IMG/VR virus record: IMGVR_UViG_2541047936_000004
Reading direction: 5' to 3' (one strand)
DNA: 21,784 nucleotides
Origin: a virus
Taxonomy: Duplodnaviria; Heunggongvirae; Uroviricota; Caudoviricetes
The notes under the pieces were generated by a model. It had not been told where the DNA came from, did not search any database, and saw only the letters and a program-made list of their open reading frames with translations. Positions 10,115 to 18,723 of the stretch are shown in pieces (positions within the stretch are counted from its first letter, which is position 1; every line of letters starts with the position of its first letter). A program made the position numbers and the translations under genes.

Positions 10115-10332
10115 GCTGGAGTGGCGAACGTTTTACCCTTGCTGATGAGGTATTCACTGATTTCGCTGTACCACATGTGGCTGAGTGCATTCTGGGAAAG
10201 ACTGCGTCTCTCGCGCCACGGTTTAAGCACCATGCGAAAGCATTTGCCGTCCTCCAGATAAGGCTGGATCTGCCGACCGATAGCGGTGAAGTTACCGCGA
10301 TGCAATTTGATACCATCTTGTGGGAGGTTCAC
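10115..10332 (-). pseudogene. N-terminal fragment of a NinB/Orf-like recombination protein, truncated at the junction with the J remnant
   Basis: GTG start with a GGAGGT Shine-Dalgarno sequence. The motif WRERRSLSQNALSHMW resembles the lambda NinB block ERNRSLDQNRKLWACL at a similar distance from the N-terminus. The reading frame then runs into J-derived sequence; the exact junction is unresolved. Confidence 0.3.
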
Positions 10333-10880
10333 GCTTCACCTCCGCAGAGATCAAACGCTGGATGCAAAATATCGCAGGTGCATTTCTGCATCTGTGAATG
10401 GAGAAGAGAGGTTGGATTGTATGTGCGCATAAACGTCCCCGTTTAGCGCAGAAGTCACCGGAGTTGTTCAGGCCCCAATGGCATGATTATGGCTGGTTGA
10501 TTATTGGAAATCAAATGTGCTGAAAATTAGTCTGCCAAGTCTTCCTCAGTCGCAACTGGGTAATTCCAAATATCAAAAAAAGCTATAGCCTCCTGCCATT
10601 TGCTCCATAAGTTATCAAGTACTTGTGTAGGTTCCGTACTTTTAAAAACAGAATCAGCCGCATCACCGTTATGAACTTCCTCGTACAGTTCCATTATTAG
10701 CAGATTAACAAAGTACTGTTTCAACATTAATGCCTGATTACCTTCTTTCTGCTGGCTATCCTGCTTGATGATCTCCATCGCCCGTACTAGGCACCTGATG
10801 ATATCCGCTGCATCATTAACGCTCCATGAACCGCCCCGGGAATCCTGGAGACTAAACTTCCTGAGAAAGAGGTAAACAGG

Positions 10881-11207
10881 ATGACTAAAAATACTCGTTT
10901 TTCCCCCGAAGTCCGTCAACGGGCAGTCCGTATGGTTCTGGAAAGTCAGGATGAATATGACTCACAGTGGGCGGCAATTTGTTCCATTGCCCCAAAGATT
11001 GGCTGTACGCCGGAGACTCTGCGTGTCTGGGTTCGCCAGCATGAGCGGGATACCGGGGGCGGTGATGGTGGGCTCACCAGCGCTGAACGTCAGCGTCTGA
11101 AAGAGCTGGAACGTGAAAATCGTGAACTGCGCCGCAGTAACGATATCCTTCGCCAGGCTTCCGCTTATTTTGCGAAGGCGGAGTTCGACCGCCTCTGGAA
11201 AAAATGA
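10881..11207 (+). CDS. IS629 OrfA (helix-turn-helix transposase N-terminal part)
   Basis: 108-aa ORF inside the IS; ends in an A-rich slippery region overlapping the orfB start. Confidence 0.85.
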   Translation: MTKNTRFSPEVRQRAVRMVLESQDEYDSQWAAICSIAPKIGCTPETLRVWVRQHERDTGGGDGGLTSAERQRLKELERENRELRRSNDILRQASAYFAKAEFDRLWKK

Positions 11208-12094
11208 TGCCACTGCTGGATAAGCTGCGTGAGCAGTACGGGGTCGGACCGGTATGCAGCGAACTGCATATTGCCCCGTCAACGTATTACCATTGTCAGC
11301 AACAGCGACATCATCCGGATAAACGCAGTGCCCGTGCGCAGCACGATGACTGGCTGAAGAGAGAGATACAGCGCGTATACGATGAAAATCATCAGGTGTA
11401 CGGTGTGCGTAAAGTCTGGCGTCAGTTGTTACGGGAAGGAATCAGGGTGGCCAGATGTACAGTGGCGCGCCTCATGGCGGTTATGGGACTTGCCGGTGTT
11501 CTCCGGGGTAAAAAGGTCCGTACGACCATCAGCCGGAAAGCCGTTGCCGCAGGCGACCGCGTAAACCGTCAGTTCGTGGCAGAACGACCTGACCAGCTGT
11601 GGGTGGCTGATTTTACTTACGTCAGCACATGGCGGGGCTTCGTCTATGTGGCGTTCATCATTGATGTGTTTGCCGGATACATCGTGGGGTGGCGGGTCTC
11701 ATCGTCCATGGAAACGACATTCGTGCTGGATGCACTGGAGCAGGCGTTATGGGCCCGTCGACCGTCCGGCACGGTCCATCACAGTGATAAAGGTTCTCAG
11801 TATGTATCGCTGGCCTACACACAGCGGCTTAAGGAAGCCGGATTACTGGCATCAACAGGAAGTACAGGCGACTCGTATGACAACGCGATGGCGGAGAGCA
11901 TCAATGGTCTTTACAAAGCGGAGGTAATACACCGTAAGAGCTGGAAAAACCGTGCAGAAGTGGAACTGGCCACACTCACGTGGGTGGACTGGTATAACAA
12001 TCGACGATTGCTGGAAAGGCTGGGCCATACTCCTCCGGCAGAAGCAGAAAAAGCTTATTATGCTTCCATCGGAAACGATGATCTGGCAGCCTGA
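11204..12094 (+). CDS. IS629 OrfB (DDE transposase catalytic part)
   Basis: 296-aa ORF in the -1 frame relative to orfA with an integrase-core-like sequence (HSDKGSQY...DNAMAES); identical copy at 19058-19948 on the minus strand. Confidence 0.85.
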   Translation: MMPLLDKLREQYGVGPVCSELHIAPSTYYHCQQQRHHPDKRSARAQHDDWLKREIQRVYDENHQVYGVRKVWRQLLREGIRVARCTVARLMAVMGLAGVLRGKKVRTTISRKAVAAGDRVNRQFVAERPDQLWVADFTYVSTWRGFVYVAFIIDVFAGYIVGWRVSSSMETTFVLDALEQALWARRPSGTVHHSDKGSQYVSLAYTQRLKEAGLLASTGSTGDSYDNAMAESINGLYKAEVIHRKSWKNRAEVELATLTWVDWYNNRRLLERLGHTPPAEAEKAYYASIGNDDLAA

Positions 12095-12523
12095 GTTCAC
12101 AGATAAAACACTCTCCAGGAAACCCGGGGCGGTTCACCATTCAGATCCGCGCTTATCTTTAGCTGATGAATTGGCTCTCTCAGCGCAAGCCTTTAAAGAC
12201 TCATAAAGGTAAACTCTATTTTGTAGCTGCAGCGCTTTTTTTGACGTGTACCAACTTGCAAGCGCCGACCCCGCTGCGGCTAATGTGCCAAACGCAGAAA
12301 TACCTGCTGCTATTGCACTTAAGTCGGCACTGTCAAAGTTCCACATCATCGTTACACCTTATATAAATACCCCTCAGTAATATCCAATAAGGTATGTGCA
12401 CAATCAATATAATTTTATCCGTATCGGCACATAGCGATTTGAACGCTACTGGTAATGGTATATTTTAGATTATATCGTCCAGTTTACAGCACCCGTATTT
12501 TATGAAATGGACTCGCATATTAC

Positions 12524-12563
12524 CCAAAAAATGCCAGCACTTCCGTCATCGTAGAATGCTGGC
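12524..12563 (-). terminator. Probable rho-independent terminator downstream of the 99-aa ORF and recombinase
   Basis: Hairpin gccagcac(ttc)...(gaa)tgctggc at 12533-12563 (7-bp perfect stem, extendable to ~10 bp with one bulge), followed on the minus strand by a T6 run (plus-strand aaaaaa at 12525-12530). Confidence 0.45.
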
Positions 12564-12607
12564 AGTATTTCTAACTAGTGACTTTATTGGAACAGATTCT
12601 GACGGAA

Positions 12608-12907
12608 TTATGGTAACACTCGACTCCACTTATCATCCAGCCACGGCTGGAATTTTACATGTGCCGTTTCTCTGGCGAGGATTGCTCGCGCTCTGTTGAG
12701 TATCTGGGGATATTCTTGCTCGATAGAAGTAAAGCGGCCGGCTTCGCGGTGCTCCGCAACCTGAAGTAGTGGAGTAACGTTCTGGCAGGCAGTTAACATC
12801 ACATCACCTGCTCGCCATAACCAAGCACGTGCACAAAGTTTGTTATCAGTGAATTGTTTTGTGATTGGGTATTGTTGAACTGCTAGAACGAGAACGCCAG
12901 CATCCAT
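12608..12907 (-). CDS. Hypothetical 99-aa protein
   Basis: ORF between the recombinase gene and the IS-split gene, with a plausible AGGGA ribosome-binding site; no family recognised. Confidence 0.35.
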   Translation of the reverse strand: MDAGVLVLAVQQYPITKQFTDNKLCARAWLWRAGDVMLTACQNVTPLLQVAEHREAGRFTSIEQEYPQILNRARAILARETAHVKFQPWLDDKWSRVLP

Positions 12908-13018
12908 TGGCAGTCCCTATAGTAAAACCATAGCTCAGGACGCTTCGTTCAGGATAGATAATTTTATTGTACTTACCTAACTTTCTTACTATAGCACGGT
13001 TGAAAAAGTGATTATTAC

Positions 13019-14545
13019 TCAAAAATAAACCTCACCATCAACCATATATTTGAGAGTACTTATCGCCTGCTGGGCGGATATTGTTTTCATTAAAGGATAG
13101 TGTTTAAAAACAATGCCATTCATAAAATAGATATCACAGGTTTTATTATCTGTATTGATTATGATTTTTTCGAATGTTTTATAGGCAAGTGTACGACATA
13201 GCTCTCGCCCATTTTTACTGGTTAAGTCAATAGCATGAAAATCACCAAGTGAACTCACCGCTTTACTCTTCAAAGTTTTTAATGATACAGAAGCCCTTCG
13301 TAATTCCTTATCTAATACTCTGATTTTTTCTGCTATAGCGGTAACTTCAGGCGCAACAGATAATGCAGCAATTAAATTATTAATTTTCATCTGGAGCTCA
13401 ATAATTTTCAACTCTAAAGTTTCATTAGCATCTTTCTTGTTTTCAACTGGTTGGATTTTACTACAATTAAAAAGCAACTCATTAATGATATTATAATCAA
13501 CCAAATCTCTCTTTATTGATGGCCTGTCACATCGATGCAGTCTTCTCATCGGACAAACATAATAGCCATGCAAACTTCCAGATACCGCATGAACAATCAT
13601 GGTATTACCACAAGCCTCGCACTTCATAACTGTTCGAAGTAGATTTATCAACATAGGATTTTTGCTACTATTGCTAATACCAAAAGGTGCCAACCGAATT
13701 TCCTGCACAGCGTAAAACAAATCATCTGATATGACTCTGGGATAATAGCCAGCGATTTCACTTATTCCTTTACCTCTTGCACGATATGAAGGTACGCATA
13801 TACCTATCAGAGCTTTATTCGCTAATAATTTTTCAATTACAGAAGGTCCCCATGCACTTTCTTTTCCTGAGAAATTCTTTACAGCATGATCATTTAAATA
13901 CTTGGCTATTGCATTCAATGAGCGCCTTTCCATCCTGAGTTTAAAAATTAGCTCAATAGTTTTCACCCTGTCGGGGTCTGGAACAAAAGCCGTTCTTTTG
14001 TCATCCAATGAGAGCCATCTCGGACAAGACGCCGTCATAATCGTGCCTGACTCCAGTGCATCCTGCCGTTTTTTCTTCCATGATAATTTAACCCGACTTG
14101 ACTTTATCTCGCTTTCTTCATTTGCCCTTTGTGCTATAAGTATGGCTTTTATTAATGAATATGGCTCATTCAATGAGTCAATATTATAGACTGTATTATC
14201 GCAAAGAGTTATAACATCAATACCGTGATTCAAAATCAATTTCAGACGCTCAATCGCCTCACCGACTTTTTCTCTTGAAAGTCTGTCCAGACTTTCAACT
14301 AACAATGTAGTCCCTGGCAATATATAACCATGTTCTATAGCATCTAAAAATTCCGAAAAAGCTCCTGATTGTGCATGCTTTCCATTGAATGCGCTTAACC
14401 CCAAATCTTCATACGTTACGGTATCAAGGTAATAATCACTATTTACCTTTAGCCATTCAGTAATAAGCCTTCTCTGGCGGTTTAATGAATCACCAGACAT
14501 CTGACTTGGTGATGAAAATCGCATATATGCTATGGCTTTTTTCAT
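13019..14545 (-). CDS. ybcK: Large serine recombinase (YbcK-like)
   Basis: 508-aa ORF with an N-terminal resolvase-type motif (AIAYMRFSSPSQ, catalytic Ser context), a long recombinase domain and a Cys-rich segment (CEACGN...YYVCPMRRLHRC). It lies directly downstream of emrE, as ybcK does in K-12 DLP12, and has the same length as I recall for YbcK. Confidence 0.75.
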   Translation of the reverse strand: MKKAIAYMRFSSPSQMSGDSLNRQRRLITEWLKVNSDYYLDTVTYEDLGLSAFNGKHAQSGAFSEFLDAIEHGYILPGTTLLVESLDRLSREKVGEAIERLKLILNHGIDVITLCDNTVYNIDSLNEPYSLIKAILIAQRANEESEIKSSRVKLSWKKKRQDALESGTIMTASCPRWLSLDDKRTAFVPDPDRVKTIELIFKLRMERRSLNAIAKYLNDHAVKNFSGKESAWGPSVIEKLLANKALIGICVPSYRARGKGISEIAGYYPRVISDDLFYAVQEIRLAPFGISNSSKNPMLINLLRTVMKCEACGNTMIVHAVSGSLHGYYVCPMRRLHRCDRPSIKRDLVDYNIINELLFNCSKIQPVENKKDANETLELKIIELQMKINNLIAALSVAPEVTAIAEKIRVLDKELRRASVSLKTLKSKAVSSLGDFHAIDLTSKNGRELCRTLAYKTFEKIIINTDNKTCDIYFMNGIVFKHYPLMKTISAQQAISTLKYMVDGEVYF

Positions 14546-14800
14546 GGTGACACCTGCTAAAGTATGCTTTTATAAACCTTAGTGGTGAGATATGATTTTT
14601 GTTTAATTTTTATTTAAAAAGACAATTAAGGTCACATTATCTTGAATATACAACAATAATCGTATTGCAATTTTCTTACACCATAATCTTGAAAGCACAA
14701 AAGAATGAATAAAAACTAAAGACATTAACAAAAAGCATAAAACGAGGCCCATATAAATATACGAGCCTCCATATTTTAGTCGTTTAAAAACAAATTATTT

Positions 14801-15133
14801 TTAATGTGGTGTGCTTCGTGACAATAAATTAATAACCAACACACCGGCACAAATCAACATCATGCCTATAATGGCTGGCAGGTCCAACCGTTGGCCGAAA
14901 AATCCCCATGATAGTAAGCTAATCAGGACAATACCGACTCCTGACCAGATAGCATAAGCAATCCCTGTAGGAATATAAGCCAGCGTCTGAGCTAATAACC
15001 AGAATGATGCACAATAACAAATAATTGTACCAACAGATGGCCATAACCGTGTAAAACCTTCTGAAAACTTCATTAAGGTTGTACCAATGACCTCTGCAAG
15101 TATTGCACCACCAAGATAAATATAAGGATTCAT
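14801..15133 (-). CDS. emrE: Small multidrug resistance efflux transporter EmrE
   Basis: 110-aa protein MNPYIYLGGAILAEVIGTTLMKFSEGF...LSRSTPH matches EmrE as I recall it. The track ORF extends 18 codons further upstream; I trimmed to the canonical ATG, which has an AGGA upstream. Confidence 0.9.
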   Translation of the reverse strand: MNPYIYLGGAILAEVIGTTLMKFSEGFTRLWPSVGTIICYCASFWLLAQTLAYIPTGIAYAIWSGVGIVLISLLSWGFFGQRLDLPAIIGMMLICAGVLVINLLSRSTPH

Positions 15134-15200
15134 AGCATATTCTTTCCTGTTCAAACTGGAGAGAATTGTACTACAGTTTGAACTCAACTCACCTGTTTCA

Positions 15201-15503
15201 TCATTGTGTACCCATTGATGTTCTTTTATATACCCTCAATACCCGTTTCATCGCGGCACTCTGGCGACACTCCTTAAAAATCAAATTCGTGCTCACCTTT
15301 CCTTCCCATTCTTCTCTGGTAGCGAACCGATAATACACCGTTCGCCAGACCTTACCATCAACGACTAGGATTCCTGCCCGCGCCATTTTAGCCGCAGCCT
15401 GATTTATGCTGGTTACCGTTGCGCCTGTTACCGCGGCAACGTCCTGCGCACAGAATTTCTTATGAGTCCCCAGGTAATGAATAATTGACTCTTTGCCCGT
15501 CAT
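15201..15503 (-). CDS. ren: Lambda Ren-like protein
   Basis: MTGKESIIHYLGTHKKFCAQDVAAVTGATVTSINQAAAKMARAGILVVDGKVWRTVYYRFATREE matches lambda Ren closely; overlaps the P stop. Confidence 0.85.
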   Translation of the reverse strand: MTGKESIIHYLGTHKKFCAQDVAAVTGATVTSINQAAAKMARAGILVVDGKVWRTVYYRFATREEWEGKVSTNLIFKECRQSAAMKRVLRVYKRTSMGTQ

Positions 15504-16201
15504 ACCCTTGCTCCTTTCAGCCCAAACTTAGCTTTGATTTCTGCGATCTTCGCCAGAGCCTGTGCACGATTTAGAGGTCTACCGCCCATGACAGGAAGTT
15601 GTTTTACTGGTTCAGGTATAGCCTCACCACGGTTAATTCGTGCGGTCATACAGGACAGTTCATCGGCAGCCTTGCGCCGTAATTCCGCGTCAGTCAACGC
15701 ATTGGCCCGCATGTTCTGATACAGGTTGGTAACCAGCCAGTAGTGCGCGTTTGATTTCCACGGATAAGACTCTGCATCCGGATACAGCCCGCGCTTCCGG
15801 CAATACTCGTAAACCATATCAACCAGCTCGCTGGCGTTTGGCAGCCCGGCGGTAACGGATGCTTCTTCCCGGCACCAGGCGACAAACTGCCCGGGTGATG
15901 GCAGGAATGGTCGATTCTGCCGACGGGCTACGCGCATTCCAGCGTTAACCTGTTCCATTGTGGTGATCCCGTTTTCCCGAAAAGCCAGCACCCACTGGCG
16001 GCGGATTTCGTTCAGTTCATTCTGGTCACGGTTAGCCAGGCTCGCCGGGAAAGTTGCCAGTAACTGGCTGAACACACCGTTGATGATCTGCGCTACCTGC
16101 TGTACCTGTGGCTTTTCGTCGTACTGTTCCGGCATGTTGTTGGCGATCCGACGCATCTGCTCACGGTCAAAGTTAACCATCTGTGCGGCGATGTTTTTCA
16201 T
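15500..16201 (-). CDS. P: Replication protein P (lambda P-like, DnaB loader)
   Basis: 233-aa ORF essentially colinear with lambda P (MKNIAAQMVNFDREQMRRIANNMPEQYDEK...AKFGLKGA), with the same length. Confidence 0.9.
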   Translation of the reverse strand: MKNIAAQMVNFDREQMRRIANNMPEQYDEKPQVQQVAQIINGVFSQLLATFPASLANRDQNELNEIRRQWVLAFRENGITTMEQVNAGMRVARRQNRPFLPSPGQFVAWCREEASVTAGLPNASELVDMVYEYCRKRGLYPDAESYPWKSNAHYWLVTNLYQNMRANALTDAELRRKAADELSCMTARINRGEAIPEPVKQLPVMGGRPLNRAQALAKIAEIKAKFGLKGARV

Positions 16202-16440
16202 AGATCCACCCCGTAAATCCAGTCAGTGTTTGTCAGGTCGAGTTTTGGTTTGCCGACTGTCACGCCAGCCTGTTGCTTGTTCCGGTTGATTTCGAGCTGG
16301 GTCCACTTGTCGCGGAGTTTGGCCGGACTCAGCACGTTACCGGACCAGAAGTTGTCCTGGCAGGCCCAGCGGAACAGTACACACATGTCGCGGTGGTTAC
16401 GTCCATCACGTTCACGCATCAGACGGATATCGTTACCGGG
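16198..16440 (-). pseudogene. O: Replication protein O, C-terminal fragment only
   Basis: The minus-strand ORF ends ...[56 protein letters not shown], which is the lambda O C-terminus. The N-terminal origin-binding part is absent; the upstream boundary is the exo junction. Confidence 0.8.
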
Positions 16441-17088
16441 ATCGACGTGAGAGCTGTCGAACAGGGGGATGATGCGTGGCACAAATTACGGCTCGGCGTC
16501 ATCACCGCTTCAGAAGTTCACAACGTGATAGCAAAGCCCCGCTCAGGAAAGAAGTGGCCTGACATGAAAATGTCCTACTTCCACACCCTGCTTGCCGAGG
16601 TTTGCACCGGTGTGGCTCCGGAAGTTAACGCTAAAGCACTGGCCTGGGGAAAACAGTACGAGAACGACGCCAGAACCCTGTTTGAGTTCACTTCCGGCGT
16701 AAATGTTATTGAATCCCCGATCATCTATCGCGACGAAAGTATGCGCACCGCCTGCTCTCCCGATGGTTTATGCAGTGACGGCAATGGCCTTGAACTGAAA
16801 TGCCCGTTTACCTCCCGGGATTTCATGAAGTTCCGGCTCGGTGGTTTCGAGGCCATAAAGTCGGCTTACATGGCCCAGGTGCAGTACAGCATGTGGGTGA
16901 CGCGAAAAGATGCCTGGTACTTTGCCAACTATGACCCGCGTATGAAGCGTGAAGGCCTGCATTATGTCGTGGTTGAGCGGGATGAAAAGTACATGGCGAA
17001 TTTTGACGAGATGGTGCCGGAGTTCATCGAAAAAATGGACGAGGCACTGGCTGAAATTGGTTTTGTATTTGGGGAGCAATGGCGATGA
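16430..17088 (+). pseudogene. exo: Lambda exonuclease (Exo/RedA), lacking its start and first ~10 codons
   Basis: [56 protein letters not shown]...[14 protein letters not shown] is colinear with lambda Exo from about residue 10 to the end. The apparent N-terminal 55 codons of the track ORF are antisense O sequence. Confidence 0.85.
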
Positions 17089-17243
17089 CGCATCCTCACG
17101 ATAATATCCGGGTAGGCGCGATCACTTTCGTCTACTCCATTACAAAGCGAGGCTGGGTATTTCCCGGCCTTTCTGTTATCAGAAATCCACTGAAAGCACA
17201 GCGGCTGGCTGAGAAGATAAATAACAAACAGGAGGATATATGA
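17085..17243 (+). CDS. Possible 52-codon small ORF translationally coupled between exo and the DGQHR gene
   Basis: Its ATG overlaps the exo stop (ATGA), its TGA overlaps the DGQHR ATG (ATGA), there are no internal stops, and GGGGAG lies 8 nt upstream. Product [52 protein letters not shown]. Below the track's length threshold. Confidence 0.3.
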   Translation: MTHPHDNIRVGAITFVYSITKRGWVFPGLSVIRNPLKAQRLAEKINNKQEDI

Positions 17244-18304
17244 GTCAGGTTGGTAATCATTCATTCGAATTTCCGGCATCGCAAGGTGTACAGGGTGGTA
17301 CTGTTACACTCTTCCTTACCATACCAGGAAGATCGCTGGCTCGTTTCCTCGCTTCAGATAATTACGGCCATACACTGGAACGCTCTCAGCGAGAAATTAA
17401 TCCAAATCGAGTACGAAAATTTTTAAATTATCTCACTAACGCAGACTCAAGAAATGAGCCTTTTATCATTCCCCCTCTCGTAGGTAACTGTGATTCGAAT
17501 ATAGAATTTGTACCGTTTGGCAACACAAATGTTGGTATAGCCAGAATTCCCCTCGACGCCGAAATAAAACTTTTTGATGGTCAACATCGTGCAGCTGGCA
17601 TTGAGATATTTTGCCGAAGTTCCCCATCAACGCTCATGGTTCCCATGATGCTTACAATGAATCTGCCGCTAAAAACCCGGCAGCAGTTCTTTTCGGACAT
17701 AAATAACAACGTTTCTAAGCCATCAGCGACCATCAATATGGCGTATAACGGCCGGGATGATATTGCTCAGGGAATGATATCCTTCCTGACCCAACATACT
17801 GTATTTGCCGATATAACCGATTTTGAACACAACGTAGTGCCATTAAAAAGTAATATGTGGGTGAGTTTCAAGGCACTCACTGATGCAACGTCAAAGTTCG
17901 CTAGGAACGGCAATCAACAACTTGAAATGGGATATATAGAATCTGTCTGGGAGGCATGGATTACACTAACTCAGATTGACTCAATCCGACATGGTGTACA
18001 CCACGCTACGTACAAGCGCGATTATATTCAGTTCCATGGAGTAATGATTAACGCTTTCGGTTTTGCGGTTCAACAGATGATGGTTAATCATTCCATCGCA
18101 GAAATAACTTCTATGATCGAAAAACTATGTGCAACTACCAGCTCTGCAGAAAGAGAGGATTTTTTTCTGATGGATAACTGGGCGGGGATCTGCACGAAAG
18201 CCAGCCAGGAAAAACTATCTGTTATTGCCAATGTGGCAGCGCAGAAAGCAGCAGCAAACAGACTGATACAAGCTTTTACCAAAGGAAGTCTGGAAACAAC
18301 TTAA
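17240..18304 (+). CDS. DGQHR-domain protein (DndB-like), solitary
   Basis: 354-aa ORF with a strong ribosome-binding site (CAGGAGGA-N5-ATG). It contains the exact motif FDGQHRAAGIE at residues ~112-122 and a downstream QQFFSDINNN block, consistent with the DGQHR/DndB family as I recall it. No dndACDE-like genes are nearby. Confidence 0.7.
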   Translation: MSQVGNHSFEFPASQGVQGGTVTLFLTIPGRSLARFLASDNYGHTLERSQREINPNRVRKFLNYLTNADSRNEPFIIPPLVGNCDSNIEFVPFGNTNVGIARIPLDAEIKLFDGQHRAAGIEIFCRSSPSTLMVPMMLTMNLPLKTRQQFFSDINNNVSKPSATINMAYNGRDDIAQGMISFLTQHTVFADITDFEHNVVPLKSNMWVSFKALTDATSKFARNGNQQLEMGYIESVWEAWITLTQIDSIRHGVHHATYKRDYIQFHGVMINAFGFAVQQMMVNHSIAEITSMIEKLCATTSSAEREDFFLMDNWAGICTKASQEKLSVIANVAAQKAAANRLIQAFTKGSLETT

Positions 18305-18457
18305 TGAATCAACATTGTCTCATATCAGCATGCTGTACGGCGTCTTTAAGGAACGGTGAGCATGAAAAACAAAATCATCATGGAGCTACAGGCTCCTTTT
18401 TTATTATTCGCATTCACCCTCAAGCGTATTAACCAACAATTCAGGGATTAATGAAAG

Positions 18458-18676
18458 ATGGCAGACATCATTGATTCAGCATCAGAAATTGAAGAATTAC
18501 AGCGCAACACAGCAATAAAAATGCGCCGCCTGAACCACCAGGCTATATCTGCCACTCATTGTTGTGAGTGTGGCGATCCGATAGATGAACGAAGACGCCT
18601 GGCCGTTCAGGGTTGTCGGACTTGTGCAAGTTGCCAGGAGGAGATCGAACTTAAGAACAAACAATGGGGACTGTGA
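18458..18676 (+). CDS. TraR/DksA-family C4 zinc-finger protein
   Basis: 72-aa ORF with CxxC-N17-CxxC (CCECGDPIDERRRLAVQGCRTCASC), typical of phage and plasmid TraR-like proteins. Confidence 0.65.
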   Translation: MADIIDSASEIEELQRNTAIKMRRLNHQAISATHCCECGDPIDERRRLAVQGCRTCASCQEEIELKNKQWGL

Positions 18677-18723
18677 TGGCTTCAAAGCAGCAAATTTCAA
18701 CATCGTCCAACTGAGGTGTAAAA

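Larger units (their letters stand above)
10827..12136 (+). mobile_element. IS3-family insertion sequence, IS629-like (1310 bp), copy 1
   Basis: Terminal inverted repeats TGAACCGCCCCGGG(A/T)(A/T)TCCTGGAGA at both ends; two overlapping ORFs (108 and 296 aa) with a -1 frame offset; OrfA begins [19 protein letters not shown], as I recall for IS629/IS1203; flanked by a direct CCA repeat (10824-10826 and 12137-12139). Confidence 0.85.
10527..12349 (-). pseudogene. Gene for a ~169-aa protein with an N-terminal hydrophobic helix, interrupted by IS629
   Basis: Minus-strand ORF 12349-12137 (MMWNFDSADLSAIAAGISAFGTLAAAGSALASWY...KDKRGSEW) ends in a stop supplied by the IS terminus; the continuation 10826-10527 (W-SVNDAADIIRCL...EEDLAD*) is in frame once the IS and one CCA repeat are removed. 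Confidence 0.6.

Noticed and set aside
10425-10450. Short hairpin taaacg-tccc-cgttta between the NinB-like start and the IS-split gene.
   Set aside because: It is not followed by a T-tract on either strand, so there is no support for a terminator.
10827-10919. Track ORF 10527-10919, which appears to start inside IS629.
   Set aside because: Its first 31 codons are IS629 terminal sequence read on the opposite strand; the real gene is the IS-split ORF reconstructed across 12349-10527.
11852-12206. ORFs within or antisense to IS629 (11382-11564, 11646-11927, 11852-12100, 11952-12206, 10962-11282) and their mirror copies in copy 2.
   Set aside because: They overlap the transposase frames and are duplicated only because the IS is duplicated; no independent support.
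14546-14800. Possible terminator hairpin downstream of emrE (gaggc...gcctc around 14741-14767).
   Set aside because: The stem is only 5 bp with a 16-nt loop and is too weak to call without folding-energy calculation.
16273-16436. N-terminal 55 codons of the track ORF 16273-17088 ([13 protein letters not shown]...).
   Set aside because: This stretch is the antisense strand of the O remnant; exo homology starts only at about 16430, so exo is annotated as a 5'-truncated pseudogene instead.
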